Source: Euglena gracilis
Taxonomy: Eukaryota
DNA length: 64,000 nucleotides
Reading direction: 5' to 3'
Assembly: GCA_039621445.1 (NCBI GenBank)
Contig: CP154954.1
Span: 1,178,001 to 1,242,000, forward strand
Position numbers and translations under genes: made by a program
In this document: positions 22,361 through 40,619 of the stretch, piece by piece
How the letters are laid out: each line of letters starts with the position of its first letter
Position numbering within the stretch: position 1 is the stretch's first letter
Notes under the pieces: model-generated
Told to the model about the DNA's origin: nothing
Databases searched by the model: none
Seen by the model: only the letters and a program-made list of their open reading frames with translations

Positions 22361-24939
22361 AACAAATAATTCTTTTAACATTTGTAGTAGGACAAAGAAT
22401 TTTAAAAGAATTTCTTGTCAAATGAAAAAATAAAGAAGAAAACTCATAATAATAGACTTATTATCCAAAATATTTGTCCAAATTGCTTCGAATTAATTTG
22501 AGGGAAAAAGATTTGACCAGAAATTTTTGCCTTAACATCTCGAATTTCCTCAATACCAAAAACGTCATTTTTCAAGTTAGAATTTACAGATTCTCCTATT
22601 ATTTGCTTATCAAATATTTTGCTTCCGGGCTTAACATATAAAGCGTACTAGAAGGTAAAAACATAATAGATTTACTAACGTCATTTTCGTAAATCACAAT
22701 TTTTTTTTCTTGCAAAGTTAAAAAAGCTTTTTCCTTAAATTTATTATAAACTCTTCTTAACCCTGTAGTTAAATTTTACCTATAAAAATCACTTTTATGA
22801 AGTCATATTTGATATATTATATAATACGACGACTCAAGGAGAATTGTGATTAATTTATGGCTAATACTTCATATTTATAATTGCGATCTATAAATACTAA
22901 TAATAAACATCCCCTAACCCCAAACTAATTTTAATCGTTCCTTCTATTTTAAAACATCGTTTTTTAGAACATGTTTTATCAAATAAAGTTTAAAATTATA
23001 AATTTTATTAGAAAAACCATTTATTCTCACTCTATTTACTAAAAAAATACGTAACAAAATATAAACAACATTTTGTTTATCTATTCTGCAAAATTGATTT
23101 CAATTATAAAAAAATAAACTTACAATATAAATCAATTTAAAAAACTTTAAGTTACTATCTATAACAAGTAATAAATATAAAAATTGTAATACAATAACAA
23201 AGACAATTAGTCTAAAATAGAAAGTTTAATTCTGCCATTAAATATTGTAAAATTAAAAACGATACACACTTCAAATCGTACCATATTTTTCCATTTAAAG
23301 GAGATGTTATAACTTCTTTTGCCTTTGCAGAAAAAACACCACCCGTATGAAAAGTTCGCATTGTTAATTGCGTACCAGGCTCACCTATTGATTGAGCAGC
23401 TAAAATTCCTACACATTCACCAAGTTCTACCATTTTGCCACAGGCTAAATTCCAACCATAGCATATTTGGCATATGCCTTCCATTAATACACAATTAAAA
23501 GGTGTACGAATATAAACCTCGGGAAAATATTTTTTTAAACGTATAGACTGAAAGTTAATATTTAATAAAAATATTTCTCATTCGAAACCGAGCATGAAAA
23601 TTCTTTTTCACTCGGCTACCTAAAAATCATAAACTTTTTATGATATTTAAGAAATATATCAGCATATGCCGGTGATTACACCTACTACTTTTCATAGAGT
23701 ATTTTAAACGTTTTTATAACATCGTTCAGACCTTTTGCTTCATATTCCATCCTTATAAATAAAAATTCAATTCGTTTATACCATAACTACTATACATAAA
23801 AGGTATGTTTTAAAATGGCTCCTAATATAACTCCCCCTTAATTTTCAATAACAAAGTGTAATAAAATATTATAAAAAAAGTTGAAGCTTTTTAGTTTCTT
23901 AATTTTCTGTAAACCATATAAAATTACTATTTCAAATACTTTTAATACTTTGAAATTTTAATCCTGTTTTTTTATTCTAATAAAAAGGAAATTATGTTTA
24001 ATAACAATGATCTGTATATTATTAGAATTTCGCTAATTTTAAAGTATAATAATCTTAGATAAAAATTAATATAAAAGAATTTGCCACATTCCTTAAATTT
24101 TAAAATTTTTGTAGCTCGAACCACACATTACAAATATCTTGACCAGCACTAACTAAAATATCACCTGTTTTGGCATTAACAATAGTTTTTGCTAATACTC
24201 TACCAATTAATTTTTCCTTCAAAAACTTTAGTTCTTCTTTATCTTGGTTTTGTAGTAATACGCACGTATTATATTTTGTAAAACAATCCGACCTTTTTAC
24301 AATTAAGTTTTGTGCTGTATAAATCATTCGTCTAGTTAAATACCCAGCATTAGCTGTTTTTAAAGCAGTATCAATTAAGCCTTTTCTAGCACCGTAACAA
24401 GAAACAAAATATTCAGTAATATTTAAACCTTCTTTAAAATTAGTTTTTATTGGAAAAGGAATTACATTACCCTGAGAATCGGACATTAGTCCTCGCATAC
24501 CTATCAATTGTTTCACCTGTGTAATACTACCCCTTGCACCTGACAAAGTCATAGAATACAAAGGATTCAAAAAGTCGGATTGTCTCAAATTATTAATAGA
24601 TTCTTTCTTCAAATTTTCATTAACGACATTCCAAATATCCCTTTCTTCATCCAAAACATTAATGAAATTTATCATACCATTTTTATATCGATTTCTCGTT
24701 TTAAATAAAATTTTTTCAGAACTTTTAACCAAATTTGCTTTTGAAGAAGGAATTTTAAGATCTCCAAGTCCTAATGATAATCCAGTGGTTGTTGCATAGG
24801 TAAAACCAAAATTTTTCATTTTATCCAATAACTCTTTTGTTCGGATACTACCATAATTTGACAAAAACCAGCTAATTAAATTTCTAATTTCATTTTTATC
24901 AAAAACTCTATTAAAACATACTATATTTCCGAAATTCAT
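22361..24939 (-). CDS. rpoC2: RNA polymerase beta'' subunit, 5' part (exons 1-2 and start of exon 3), truncated
   Basis: ORFs 24100-24939 and 23212-23484 carry RpoC2 motifs; two group II introns. Confidence 0.92.
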
Positions 24940-25030
24940 AATTAAAATAATAATTTAACAAACTTATTGAAATAAATCAATAAAATAATAAACTTTAAAA
25001 CTACTTAGCTCATACAAAAAATTAAAGTAT

Positions 25031-28484
<3,454 letters not shown>

Positions 28485-28567
28485 AAATACAAAAATAAAT
28501 AAAAATAAGTATCAGGTCTTAATTGACCATAAAAACTTCATAAAAAAAAAATAACTCAAAAATTTAA

Positions 28568-31500
28568 CTAATCGAATTTTTTATAATTATTTGTAAAAAT
28601 TTTAATATCAATACATAAAGATTGCATTTCTAAAATAAATAACTTGAAAGCTTCGGGAATATTTGGCTTAGAAAAATAAGTACCATTTATTAAACTAAAT
28701 AACGCTTCTGATCTATTTAATACATCATCAGATTTAATAGTTAATAACTCCTGCAACAAATATGCAGCACCAAATCCTTCTATAGCCCAAACCTCCATTT
28801 CCCCAAACCTTTGTCCACCATTTTTCGATTTTCCACGTAAAGGTTGTTGAGTTACTGAAGAATAAGGGCCGGTAACTCTCGCATGAATTTTGTCTTTAAC
28901 CATATGTATTAATTTTAAAATATACGCATAACCAAAAGCTACAGGGTGATCAAAAGGCCTACAATTTCTACCATCATATAAAAAGGCTTTTCCTGGATAA
29001 TTTGGATTAAAAAGCCAATCTTTTTTAGTTCTTTTACGCGCTTCATTTAATTTTTTATACACAAAAGATTTTGAATTCATACTTGTTTGGACTTCATCAA
29101 AAGGTTGAATTTTATACCTTTCTTTCAAAAATAAAGAAGACAAGTTTAACAAACTTTCAAAGACTTGACCAACATTCATTCTAGATGGTATGCCTAGAGG
29201 ATTTAAAATCATATCAACAGGTGTACCATCAGGAAGAAAAGGCATATCTATAGACGGAACAATTTTCGAAATTATACCTTTATTACCATGCCGTCCTGCA
29301 ATTTTATCACCTATTTGTATTCTGCGTTTTTCGGCAACATGAATAAGAACAGAACAATTCGACTTTTTACATAAAATCTCAACACTTGTAACAATACCTA
29401 CCAAAGAGCGAGGAGAACGTAAAGAAACGTCTTTTCGTACCTTATTGCCAAAAAATGCTATTAACATTTTATTTTTTGGCGTATTTTTTAACTTAACTTT
29501 AATTCTTCCAATTAAAACATCCTGTGCTTTAATCTCTGAACCTATTTTAATAATACCATTATTTTTCAAGTTTTTAATAGTTTTTAAACTTGCATTAGGA
29601 ATAAACATACTAATATTTTCTTAAAACTTAACAAATTAATATTCGTTTTCAAACTAAACATCTAAACTAATAATAGATTTAGCTTTATTAAATAAAATAA
29701 ACATTTTTCATTTAAATCAAAAAATTTTAATTGAATTTAATTTTTCATTAATAATGAAATATGAAAAAAAGCTAAATATAAATTTTTGAAAAAGTTATAA
29801 AAAAAATTAATAATTTTAAAAACAAATAAAAGTTATAATTAAATATCTCTAAATAATATTTATACCAAAATTTACGAAAAATAAAATTAAGAATTAAATT
29901 TTCAAAATTAACTAAATTTAAATTCGCACACCTTTTTTTTCATCATTTACAATAAAAGTTTTAAATTTTTTCATATGTATAGAAGTAAAAATATCTTCAA
30001 AAACAAGCCTTTCACTAATAATTACGGCATCTTCAAAATTATAACCTTCCCATCCAAGGTACGCGACCAAAACATTTTTTCCTAAACAAATGCCACCTCT
30101 TAATGTACTCATACCATCAGCTATAATTTGTCCTTTTCTAACCCACTCACCTTCATGAACAATAGGAATTTTCTGAATATAAACACCGTGATTCGATTTC
30201 TTAGGAGACTCTAAAAAATAAATTTTTTGGTTAACTTTTTTAATAAGTTTAAAATTTTTTTGAGATATTTCATTTAAGCACCCCAATAAATTAAAAAAAG
30301 AATAATTTTTATTAAAAAATTCAATATTAGCACAATATTCTTCCTCTTGAATAACTATTTTTTTTAAACTAGAATAAATTACTTTTCCACTACTTTTTGC
30401 TAAAACCGTGGCATCACTTTCTCGATTAATTAAAGCCTCGCGTCCAGTTTTTATAAAAGGAACTTCCTTTTCCAATAAAATAAGAGATTGTCGTTGCATG
30501 TTTGAACCCATAAGAACCCTATTAGCATCGTTATGCTCCAAAAAAGGAACTAAGCCTGTACCTAATGAAGTAAATTGATCTGTTGAAATACTTATAAAAT
30601 CAATATTTTTTGAGAAAGAATATGAAAAAATTTTACTTCTTTTAACACCTAGAAGCTTATTTTTATCTAAAAGATTACTTTGAGAACTTCTAAAGACATC
30701 AAACGGAGCTACTGTAAAATATTTTTCCTGCGCAGAAGAAATAAAATAAATTCCTTTATTGGTTTCTATCTTTCCTCTCAAAACCTTATAAAAAGGGCTT
30801 TCTAAAAATCCATACTTATCAACTCTTACATCTTTTGCTAAAGATAAAATCAAACCAGCATTTTTTCCCTCACTTGTCTCAATAGGACAAACCCTTCCAT
30901 ATTGACTAGTATTTATTTCTCTTACATCTAACTTTGTTCTTTCTTTATTAAGACCATTAGGACCAAAGGGACTTAACTTCCTTTTATGTGTAAGCTCAGA
31001 CAAAGAATTTGTATCATCTAACAATTGAGAAAGTGGATTAACAGAAAAAAACTTTCGAATACGATTAGTTATAAAGTAAGAATTAAAAAATCTAGATAAT
31101 CTAAAAGTTTTTTCAGAAGGATTTTTATAAAGAAATATCAATTTTTCTTTTAAACTAGATTCTAATTCATTTAAAATAATTCGGAATTGACTTTGAAGAA
31201 GTTCACCTATACTACGTACTAATTTGTTTTTTAAATCATCGATCTCATCAAAAGGTATCATTAATAAAATATTGCTAAAAAATTTTTATAATAAATAAAA
31301 ATTTTAATAAATTTAAATAAACAAACAAATAAAGATACTATTATTCTTCATTATTTCCCAACCTTTCTTTAACTCAATCAAATAATGAGCTATACCCAAA
31401 ACATCTTCGGGTTGCAAAGTTCTATTACTTTGAAAAAATTCGGATCTATAAATTTTAGTATTAACCCTAAAGCGACCTACTTCACCCAAATCATATTTAC

Positions 31501-32816
31501 GTGTTTAATCTCGGCTAATAATGCTGGCATAAAATAATAAATCAAAAAATTTTAAAATAATCTATAAAAAATTTAACTTTTGTAAATTACAAAAAATACA
31601 CGAATAAACTCAAGATCCATAAACTTTGAACGTAAAAATTTTCGGGCATTTCCTTTCAGATAAAAAAACATCTGAAAAAATAAAAAAAATATTAATATCT
31701 TATTAACTAAAAAAATAATATAAAATAATAAAATCAAACATATAAAAATCTCAAAAAACGAACATTAACTTCGTTTGGAAAAAATATTTTATAAAATTCG
31801 AAAAATTCCAATCTAATACCATAAGACTCACTTTCTTGTAACGTTTCTATAAAAATAGGATCGTTAAGATACAAAAAAAATTTTTTTCGGGATAGGCCTA
31901 AGCATTTCAAAAAATTTATTAAAGGTATAGCTGTCTTTATTTTGTCTACTTTAACGAAAATTCCCTCGTCTTGACCCAAATATAAAAAATTTTCAATTTT
32001 AAAAAAGAATTTAATTTAATGTAAAAATATAATTTAAAAATCCAAATTACTAAATAACATTTAAAAACGCACATCAATTTTAAAAGTTAACCAACTACCA
32101 AAAGTTGGTATTAACGTCGCAAATATGGAATCATTATAACGATTTTTTTTCAAAATAAACGCCAGGACTACGAATAATTTGGTTAAAAATGAATTAAAAA
32201 AACTCAAACCTAAAAATTAAAAAAAAATTAACTTATAAATATAATTAATAAAAAATTAAAAGTAATAATATAAACCACATCCATAATTCTTTTATTACCG
32301 TTAAAAATAAACGTACCTTTTTCAGTCATTAAAGGAATTTTTGCAAATAATATATATTATTTAATAAGATAATAAATTCTTTTTTGCTAAAAAAAAACTT
32401 ATTATTATAATGAAAAATATATTATAAAATTAATAGGAAAAATAATAAAAATCTCTCCTAACAAGGAACATATTATTATAGGTAACTTCAACAGGTATAT
32501 GAACAGATAAACTGTATGTTTCCCCGTTTTTCAATGCAAATTCAGCAGATATTTTAGGCTTTTTATATTTCACATTATCTGTTTGAAAGCTTATCCTAAA
32601 GCCTTCATGAGCTATATCTTTTATTTTTCTTAACTCTTCTACCAAACCCTTTTTTAAAAAGGAGCGAAAACTATTTCGTTGTATCATCAGTAAAATTTTT
32701 ATCTAACATAAACATACCAAAAAAAATTATTTATTTATTTGTAATAAATAAAACCAAAGTTAAGAATTAATTCACAAATCTAATAAATTAGAGCGTACTC
32801 TACAACCATTTACCAT
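28568..32816 (-). CDS. rpoB: RNA polymerase beta subunit, ~9 exons (intact copy)
   Basis: Exon 8 is open (447-aa ORF 29918-31261, HNDANRVLMGSNMQRQ); exon 9 is 28568-~29620; ATG at 32816. Confidence 0.96.
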
Positions 32817-34081
32817 TTCTCACAAAGTTCAAACAGTCTGTTTCTTTGATTTGACATTAATAGTATAATGGATTTTTTAAAATTAATTTTAAATGCATAT
32901 AAATTAACTAACCTTAATATTTAATAAAACAAAAAGTTCCCTTAAAAAAATAATGTTTTAAAACAATTACTTCGATGTTTATACAATTTTGCAGAAGTAC
33001 TATTTTTCGCATTATTTTCATGGCCAAAATTAATTAACCAAGAACGAGCTTTTTTAATCCTTTATTTTCAAAGGCTTTCTTACGGAAGTTTGCAACCAAC
33101 CTGTTAATGCTTACTTCTCTTTTAGTTTCATTACTCTCCATTATTAAAGACAAATTAGATGCTGAGTTAAATAAATAAATTTTCGAAAAAAATAAACGAA
33201 CTCTTGTTAAATAATAGTTTTTTTATAACATAAATTTTGATATTACACTACATAAAACTATTAGTTTTTCAAAAAAGTTGAAAAAATTAAAATGGTATTA
33301 TATGAACAAATTGTTTTTATTAACTCAAAACTTTAAAAATTGAAAAATTTGCCTCTTTATTAAATTTGATACTAAAAAATTATTGTCTTGTTTTTTTCAT
33401 ATCATAGGAGTTTTCTAAAAATTTAATAATTTATATTTTTTGTAAAAAAATTACTTGTTCTTACCATTTAATAAAAATTTGGCTTTTATTAAAAAAATTT
33501 TTTCATTAAATATTATATTGAAATTTATAACGAAAACGATGCTCTAATTCTATATTTAGTTGATTAGATGGAAATTTGATAAAATTAGAACCATTTTTAC
33601 TAATATAAATAGGTCAAGTGTTACACATACAATAGAGAAAATAAACCATAAAAAATTAAAGTATTTTTAACAAAATTGACGTACAATTTTTGTCCTAACT
33701 TGAAAAAATAACAATCTTCAATTCTTGTAATAGGAAAGTTTGGCAAATTTATGGTATTATAGTAAAATAACAAAGTTTAAACTAGCTCAATATTAGAAAA
33801 AATTTTAAGCAATAGTATAAATAATTATTAAATTGACAAAAAATCATAACCAAAAAAGTATTAGAGTTCAAATTTTTAAGAGTCACTTTTTCTTTATTCA
33901 AAGATTGTCTTAAAAATTTCTTTACAAAAAGTTCAAACATGATGTTTTTTTATTATTTAACTTGTTGAGAGAAAAATTTTTTATCAAAACTTTAAAGATT
34001 TTAACTACTTTAACAAAGAAATCGACAAAATTCATAAAAATCAATCAAAAACATACTCAATATTAATAAATAAACTCGCGA

Positions 34082-34198
34082 TAAGGGCACTAAAAGCTTT
34101 TCCCAGAAAGCAACCTTCCAAGTATCCATTTACCCTTTATGTTTAACTTGCAAGTTCGAAATGTTTTAAGTGGATCCATAAAGACAAGAGCACCCTAA
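34082..34198 (-). rRNA. rrf: 5S rRNA, variant allele (rpoB-proximal operon, rrnC-type)
   Basis: Reverse complement of 7726-7842. Confidence 0.9.
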
Positions 34199-34273
34199 AA
34201 TAAAAGTTCATTCAAGAAACTTTTAAATCTTAAAAAAGTGACAAGTAAAAATAAATGTTTTGTTTTCATATAG

Positions 34274-34588
34274 GAAAAAATTTTCGGTCGGTTAGTATAT
34301 CTCGGCTAAAATTGTTACCAATTGTACACCTAATACCTATCAAACGGTTCGTCTTACCGTGACCTATGAAGAGTACTTATCTTAAGGTGGGCTTCCTACT
34401 TATATGCTTTCAGCAGTTATCCACTCCGCACTTGACTACCCAGCGTATTCTGTTGGCACAAAAACTGGTACATCAGTGGTGCGTCCTTCCCGGTCCTCTC
34501 GTACTAAGGAAAGCGCCTTTCAATACTCTAACGCTCACACCGGATATGGACCGAACTGTCTCTCGACGTTCTGAACCCAGCTCACGTA

Positions 34589-34623
<35 letters not shown>

Positions 34624-34640
34624 GTACTACCGCCCCAGGT

Positions 34641-34700
<60 letters not shown>

Positions 34701-35188
34701 CAGCCTGTTATCCCTAGAGTAACTTTTATCTGTTTACGACGGCCTTTCCATACAGCACCGTCGGGTCACTAAGACCGACTTTAGTCTCTGTTTGACTTAT
34801 AAGTCTCACAGTCAAGCTTTCTTATGCCTTTACACTCCACAACTAATTTCCGTCTAGCCTGAGAAAACCTTTGTACGCCTCCGTTACTTTTTAGGAGGCT
34901 ACCGCCCCAGTAAAACTGCCCACCTGAAACTGTCAATTATCATGATTGTACATAAGATTAAGATTAGATTTCTAGCTTTCTCAGAGTGGTATCTCATTTT
35001 TCGGCTCCCCGTATCCCAAAAGACAAGATCATAGCCTCCCACCTATTCTGCGCAAAAAAAGCCCGAAACCAATTTCAGGATACAGTAAAGCTTCATAGGG
35101 TCTTTCTGTCCAAGTGCAAGTAGACCGCATCTTCACAGTCAATTCTATTTCACCGAGTCTCTTTCTGAGACAGTGTCCAAATCGTTAA

Positions 35189-35241
<53 letters not shown>

Positions 35242-37161
35242 AATTATAGTTATTGCCGCTGTTCACAGGGGCTTCAGTCACTAGCTTTGCTTACGCTAAC
35301 CAATTTCTTTAACCTTCCTGCACTGAGCAGGCCTCGGCCCCCATACATCGTTTTTCAACTTCGCGGAGACCTGTGCTTTTGGTAAGCAGTCGCTTGGACC
35401 TCTTTTCTGCCACCTCATTAGAGGTACTTCTTCTTCCGAAGTTACGAAGTCATTTTGCCGAGTTCCTTAGAAAGAGTTATCTCGCGCTCCTTAGTATATT
35501 CTACTAACCTACCTGTGTCAGTTTACGGTACAGGCGAGCTCACTATACATAAACAAAAGTTTTTCTTGGAAACATGACATCAATCACTTTCAATACCGTA
35601 GTATTTATACTATTCAGGCCTTAAGACAAAATATTTTTTTTAATATTTGATACCTCTTGAACCCTTAAACCACAAACCATCACGTGGCCGATCTAGCCTT
35701 TTTCGTCACTCCTTACAAGTGAGCATTCGGTACAGGAATATTAACCTGTCATCCATCAATTTACGTTGTTAAACCTTATTTTAGGACCTGACTAACCCTT
35801 AGAGGACGAACCTGGCTAAGGAAACCTTAGGTTTTCGGAGCATAGGATTTTCACCAATGTTTTCGTTACTTAAGCCGACATTCTCACTTCTGTTTAATCC
35901 AGAACTATTTTCACTATTCCTTCTCTTCAACACAGAACGCTCTTCTACCGATTTCTCTCACACCTTCGGCAAATTACTTAGTCCCGTTCATTTTCGGCGC
36001 ACTATCACTTGACCAGTAAGCTATTACGCACTTTTTAAAGGAATGGCTGCTTCTAAGCCAACCTCCTGGTTGTCTATGTAATAGTACATCCTTTACCACT
36101 TAGTAATTATTTAGGGGCCTTAAGTAGTGATCTGGGCTGTTTCCCTCTTGACAATGAAGCTTATCCCCCACTGTCTCACTGATTAATTGAAATATAACTT
36201 AGTATTCAGAGTTTGCCACAACTTGGTACCATTTTCATAGCCCGCATCGAAACAGTGCTTTACCCCTAATGTTTACCATAATTAAACGCTGCGCCTCAAC
36301 GCATTTCGAAGAGATCCAGCTAGCTCCAAGTTCGATTGGAATTTCTCCCCTAATCACAGTTCATCCCCCAATTTTTCAACATTGGTGGGTTCGGTCCTCC
36401 ATTCTGTTTTACCAAAACTTCAACCTGACCATGATTAGATCACCTGGGTTCGGGTCTATAAGCAATGACATAAACTTTCAAGAAGAAAGTTTTTCGCTTT
36501 ATTTAAGCTCGATTTCACTATGGCTCCGGAAAAACCTTAACCTTGCCATCACCTATAAGTCGCCGGCTCATTCTTCAACAGGCACACAGTCAATCTTTAA
36601 ATAGATCTCCTACTGCTTGTAAACTTATGCTTTCATATTCTATTTCACTCACTTCTCAGTGTTCTATTTCAGCTTTCCCTCACGGTACTCGTACACTATC
36701 GGTCATTTAGGAGTATTTAGCCTTACGAGATGGTCCTCGCTGATTCACACAGAATTCCACGTGCTCTATGCTACTCGGGAAAATCAAAAATTACTTTTTA
36801 AAAACAAATACGGGATTTAAAACCCTCTTTGATTTTGTTTTCAACAAATTCTCTATCTTTTTCAGTAATTATAATATACCCACAACACCCATAAAGGTTT
36901 AGGCTGATTTCCGTTAGCTCGCCCCTAATAAGAAAATCGCTTTTGCTTTCTTTTCCTTCGGCTACTAAGATGTTTCAGTTCACCAAGTTCTCTACATTAT
37001 TTGTATACCATTTCATTGTAATGTTAAAGTAATAGGTTGCCCCATTCGGGAATCTTTAGATTAAAGCTCGTCTTTAGCTCCCTAAAGCATATCGTTAATT
37101 TCTACGCCCTTCTTCGACTCTAAATGCCAAGCAATCCCGCATAAGCCCTTGTTCATTTGAA
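34274..37161 (-). rRNA. rrl: 23S rRNA, operon 1
   Basis: Reverse complement of 4763-7650. Confidence 0.97.
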
Positions 37162-37179
37162 CCTACATCAAAACCTTTT

Positions 37180-37252
37180 TGGAGATAAGCGGACTCGAAC
37201 CGCTGACATCTGCCTTGCAAAGGCAGCGCTCTACCAACTGAGCTATACCCCC
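37180..37252 (-). tRNA. trnA: tRNA-Ala(UGC)
   Basis: Identical to 4672-4744. Confidence 0.96.
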
Positions 37253-37261
37253 AAAACCAAG

Positions 37262-37335
37262 AGGGCCATGCTAGACTTGAACTAGCGACCTTACCCTTAT
37301 CAAGGGTATGCTCTAACCAACTGAGCTAATAGCCC
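37262..37335 (-). tRNA. trnI: tRNA-Ile(GAU)
   Basis: Identical to 4589-4662. Confidence 0.96.
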
Positions 37336-37421
37336 TCTTGGAAAAATAAGAGGTTTCCCTACTTATTTTTTTTATTTTTCATTGTTTCCAATCTATACAT
37401 TTTTTTAGTTAAAAAACTAAA

Positions 37422-37540
37422 GGGAGTTGTTCCAGCCACACCTTCCAGTACGGCTACCTTGTTACGACTTCACCCCAGTCACCAGCCAGGCCTTAGGTAT
37501 TTCCCTCTTTTCAGGCAAGATAATAACTTCGGGCACAGCC

Positions 37541-37578
<38 letters not shown>

Positions 37579-37833
37579 AGAACGTATTCACCGCCGTATA
37601 GCTGACCGGCGATTACTAGCGATTCCGGCTTCATGTAGGCGAGTTTCAGCCTACAATCCGAACTTAGGCTAAGTTTTAAGATTAGCTCATTTTCACAAAA
37701 TTGCAACTTATTGTCTTAACCATTGTAGCACGTGTGTAGCCCAGGATATAAGGGGCATGATGACTTGACGTCGTCCTCACCTTCCTCCGGTAATAACCAG
37801 CAGTATTTCTAAATGACAAGCGTTAATTAAAAA

Positions 37834-37898
<65 letters not shown>

Positions 37899-37966
37899 CC
37901 ACCTGTGTCTAGATACCCGAAGGTACTGCGTTCTTTCAAACTTCCTCCTAGATCCTGTCAAATCCT

Positions 37967-38047
<81 letters not shown>

Positions 38048-38140
38048 CTTGTGCAAGCGTACTCCCCAGGCGGGATACTTAACGTGTTAACTACAGCAGT
38101 GCACTTTCAGCACCACTTAGTATCCATAGTTTACGGCCAA

Positions 38141-38172
<32 letters not shown>

Positions 38173-38916
38173 TCAGCTTTCGTTTCTCAGCGTCAGTATT
38201 GGCCTAGAAAAGTGCCTTCGCCATTGGTGTTCTTTCCAATCTCTACGCATTTCACCGCTACACTGGAAATTCCCTTCACCCCTACCATACTCAAGTCTAG
38301 CAGTTTTTAATGCCCTTCCAAAGTTAAGCTTTGACTTTTAACATTAAACACACTTGACCGCCTACAAACTCTTTACGCCCAATAATTCCGGATAACGCTC
38401 GCATCTCCCGTATTACCGCGGCTGCTGGCACGGAATTAGCCGATGCTTATTCCTCAAATACCGTCATTTCTTCTTCTTTGAGAAAAGAAGTTTACAACCC
38501 AAAGGCCGTCTTCCTTCACGCGGTATTGCTCCGTCAGGCTTGCGCCCATTGCGGAAAATTCCTCACTGCTGCCTTCCGTAGAAGTCTGTTCCGTTCTCAA
38601 TCCCAGTGTGGCTGATCATCCTCTCAAATCAGCTACTGATCGTCGCCTTGGTAAGCCTTTACCTCACCAACAAGCTAATCAGATGCAAGCTCATGCCTAG
38701 GCGAAATTCTCTTTAACTAGCTACTCACATAGATCTAGTAAATTATGAGGCATTAGCAAACGTTTCCATCTGTTATTCCTCGCCCAAGCGCAGATTCTTA
38801 CATATTACTCACCCGTCCGCCACTAAATTACTATTGCTAGTAATTTCGTTCAACTTGCATGTGTTAAGCATACCGCCAGCGTTCACCCTGAGCAAGGATC
38901 AAACTCGTCATTTCCA
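37422..38916 (-). rRNA. rrs: 16S rRNA, operon 1
   Basis: Universal 16S motifs on the minus strand. Confidence 0.98.
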
Positions 38917-38996
38917 AAACATCAAAGTTGGTCAAATCCTCTCACCCTCTTGGTGACCAAGCAAGGGGCACATTTACTATAATGTGTACACTAAAA

Positions 38997-39147
38997 GCGC
39001 GCTTTGTAGGATTCGAACCTACTACATCAGGTTTTGGAGACCTACGCCTTAGGATTTTAAAGAAAAGAAATATTTGGCTAATACAAGGATTCAATCCACG
39101 ACCCTACCCTTATCAAAGGTATTCTATAATAATAAAAGATAATAGTG
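38997..39147 (-). pseudogene. pseudo-trnW (38997-39051) and pseudo-trnI (39075-39147) leader
   Basis: Reverse complement of 2776-2926. Confidence 0.8.
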
Positions 39148-40000
39148 ATCTTTGAAAAATAAAAAATTTTCCTTTTGATTTTTTTATTTTTTAAAATTTA
39201 TACGGTATTTTAATTAAAAATAAAAAAATTGTCCCAGCCACACGTTAAAGTACGGAAAAATTTACACTAGGAATTAAGCTAAGTTATTTCTTGTGAATGA
39301 AAAGAATTCACAAGATCAGGGGTAAAAGCATAACACCTAAACTGTGCGCATGAGCATTTACGTATGAAAGTCTAGGAACCTTACCTTAATATTTTTCAAT
39401 ATCACAAAATATAGGGTACTCAGCAGCAATATAAGAAGTATAAAGACATTTTGGTCTCTTGTAGCATTTTATAAATATTCGTCCAAATCGACAATGAACG
39501 ACACGCTTCTTACTAGCAAAAGATTTACAACTAAAAAGCACACACATAACACAAAGAACCAAATACAAAGTAGCAATAACTATAATGTACAACAAAATAA
39601 AACTCTTATCAGAAGATTACCTAATATTCTCACTATGATTCAACCTATCTTGTTGAATTTTGTGATTAATCTTTTATATTAGCGAAGAAACATAGTCATT
39701 TTCCAAACACTCGAGGATATTATTCATATCGTTTAAAATTTTAAAAGAAAAATATTACGAAATTCACTGATTTCTATAAACAGATTGTCTTATTTTTTTT
39801 TTTTTTTTATGTTTTGGCCAAAAAAAATTCAAACTTAAAGGAAACGTGGTTTGACAAATTCCTTGGTTTAATTATACCACAATACATTTATCCATGCAAT
39901 AAAACACTAACGTAACGGCAGTCATAAAAATTACTCGAAAATCGAGTTAATATTAATAAATAAACTCACTAAGAGACAATTAAATAAATTAAACTTCCCA

Positions 40001-40117
40001 TAAGGGCACTAAAATCTTTTCCCGGAAAGTAACCTTTCAAGTATCTATTTACCCTTTATGTTTAACTTGCAAGTTCGAAATGTTTTAAGTGGATCCATAA
40101 AGACAAGAGCACCCTAA
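40001..40117 (-). rRNA. rrf: 5S rRNA, operon 2
   Basis: Same allele as 1806-1922. Confidence 0.9.
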
Positions 40118-40192
40118 AATAAAAGTTCATTCAAGAAACTTTTAAATCTTAAAAAAGTGACAAGTAAAAATAAATGTTTTGTTTTCATATAG

Positions 40193-40507
40193 GAAAAAAT
40201 TTTCGGTCGGTTAGTATATCTCGGCTAAAATTGTTACCAATTGTACACCTAATACCTATCAAACGGTTCGTCTTACCGTGACCTATGAAGAGTACTTATC
40301 TTAAGGTGGGCTTCCTACTTATATGCTTTCAGCAGTTATCCACTCCGCACTTGACTACCCAGCGTATTCTGTTGGCACAAAAACTGGTACATCAGTGGTG
40401 CGTCCTTCCCGGTCCTCTCGTACTAAGGAAAGCGCCTTTCAATACTCTAACGCTCACACCGGATATGGACCGAACTGTCTCTCGACGTTCTGAACCCAGC
40501 TCACGTA

Positions 40508-40542
<35 letters not shown>

Positions 40543-40559
40543 GTACTACCGCCCCAGGT

Positions 40560-40619
<60 letters not shown>

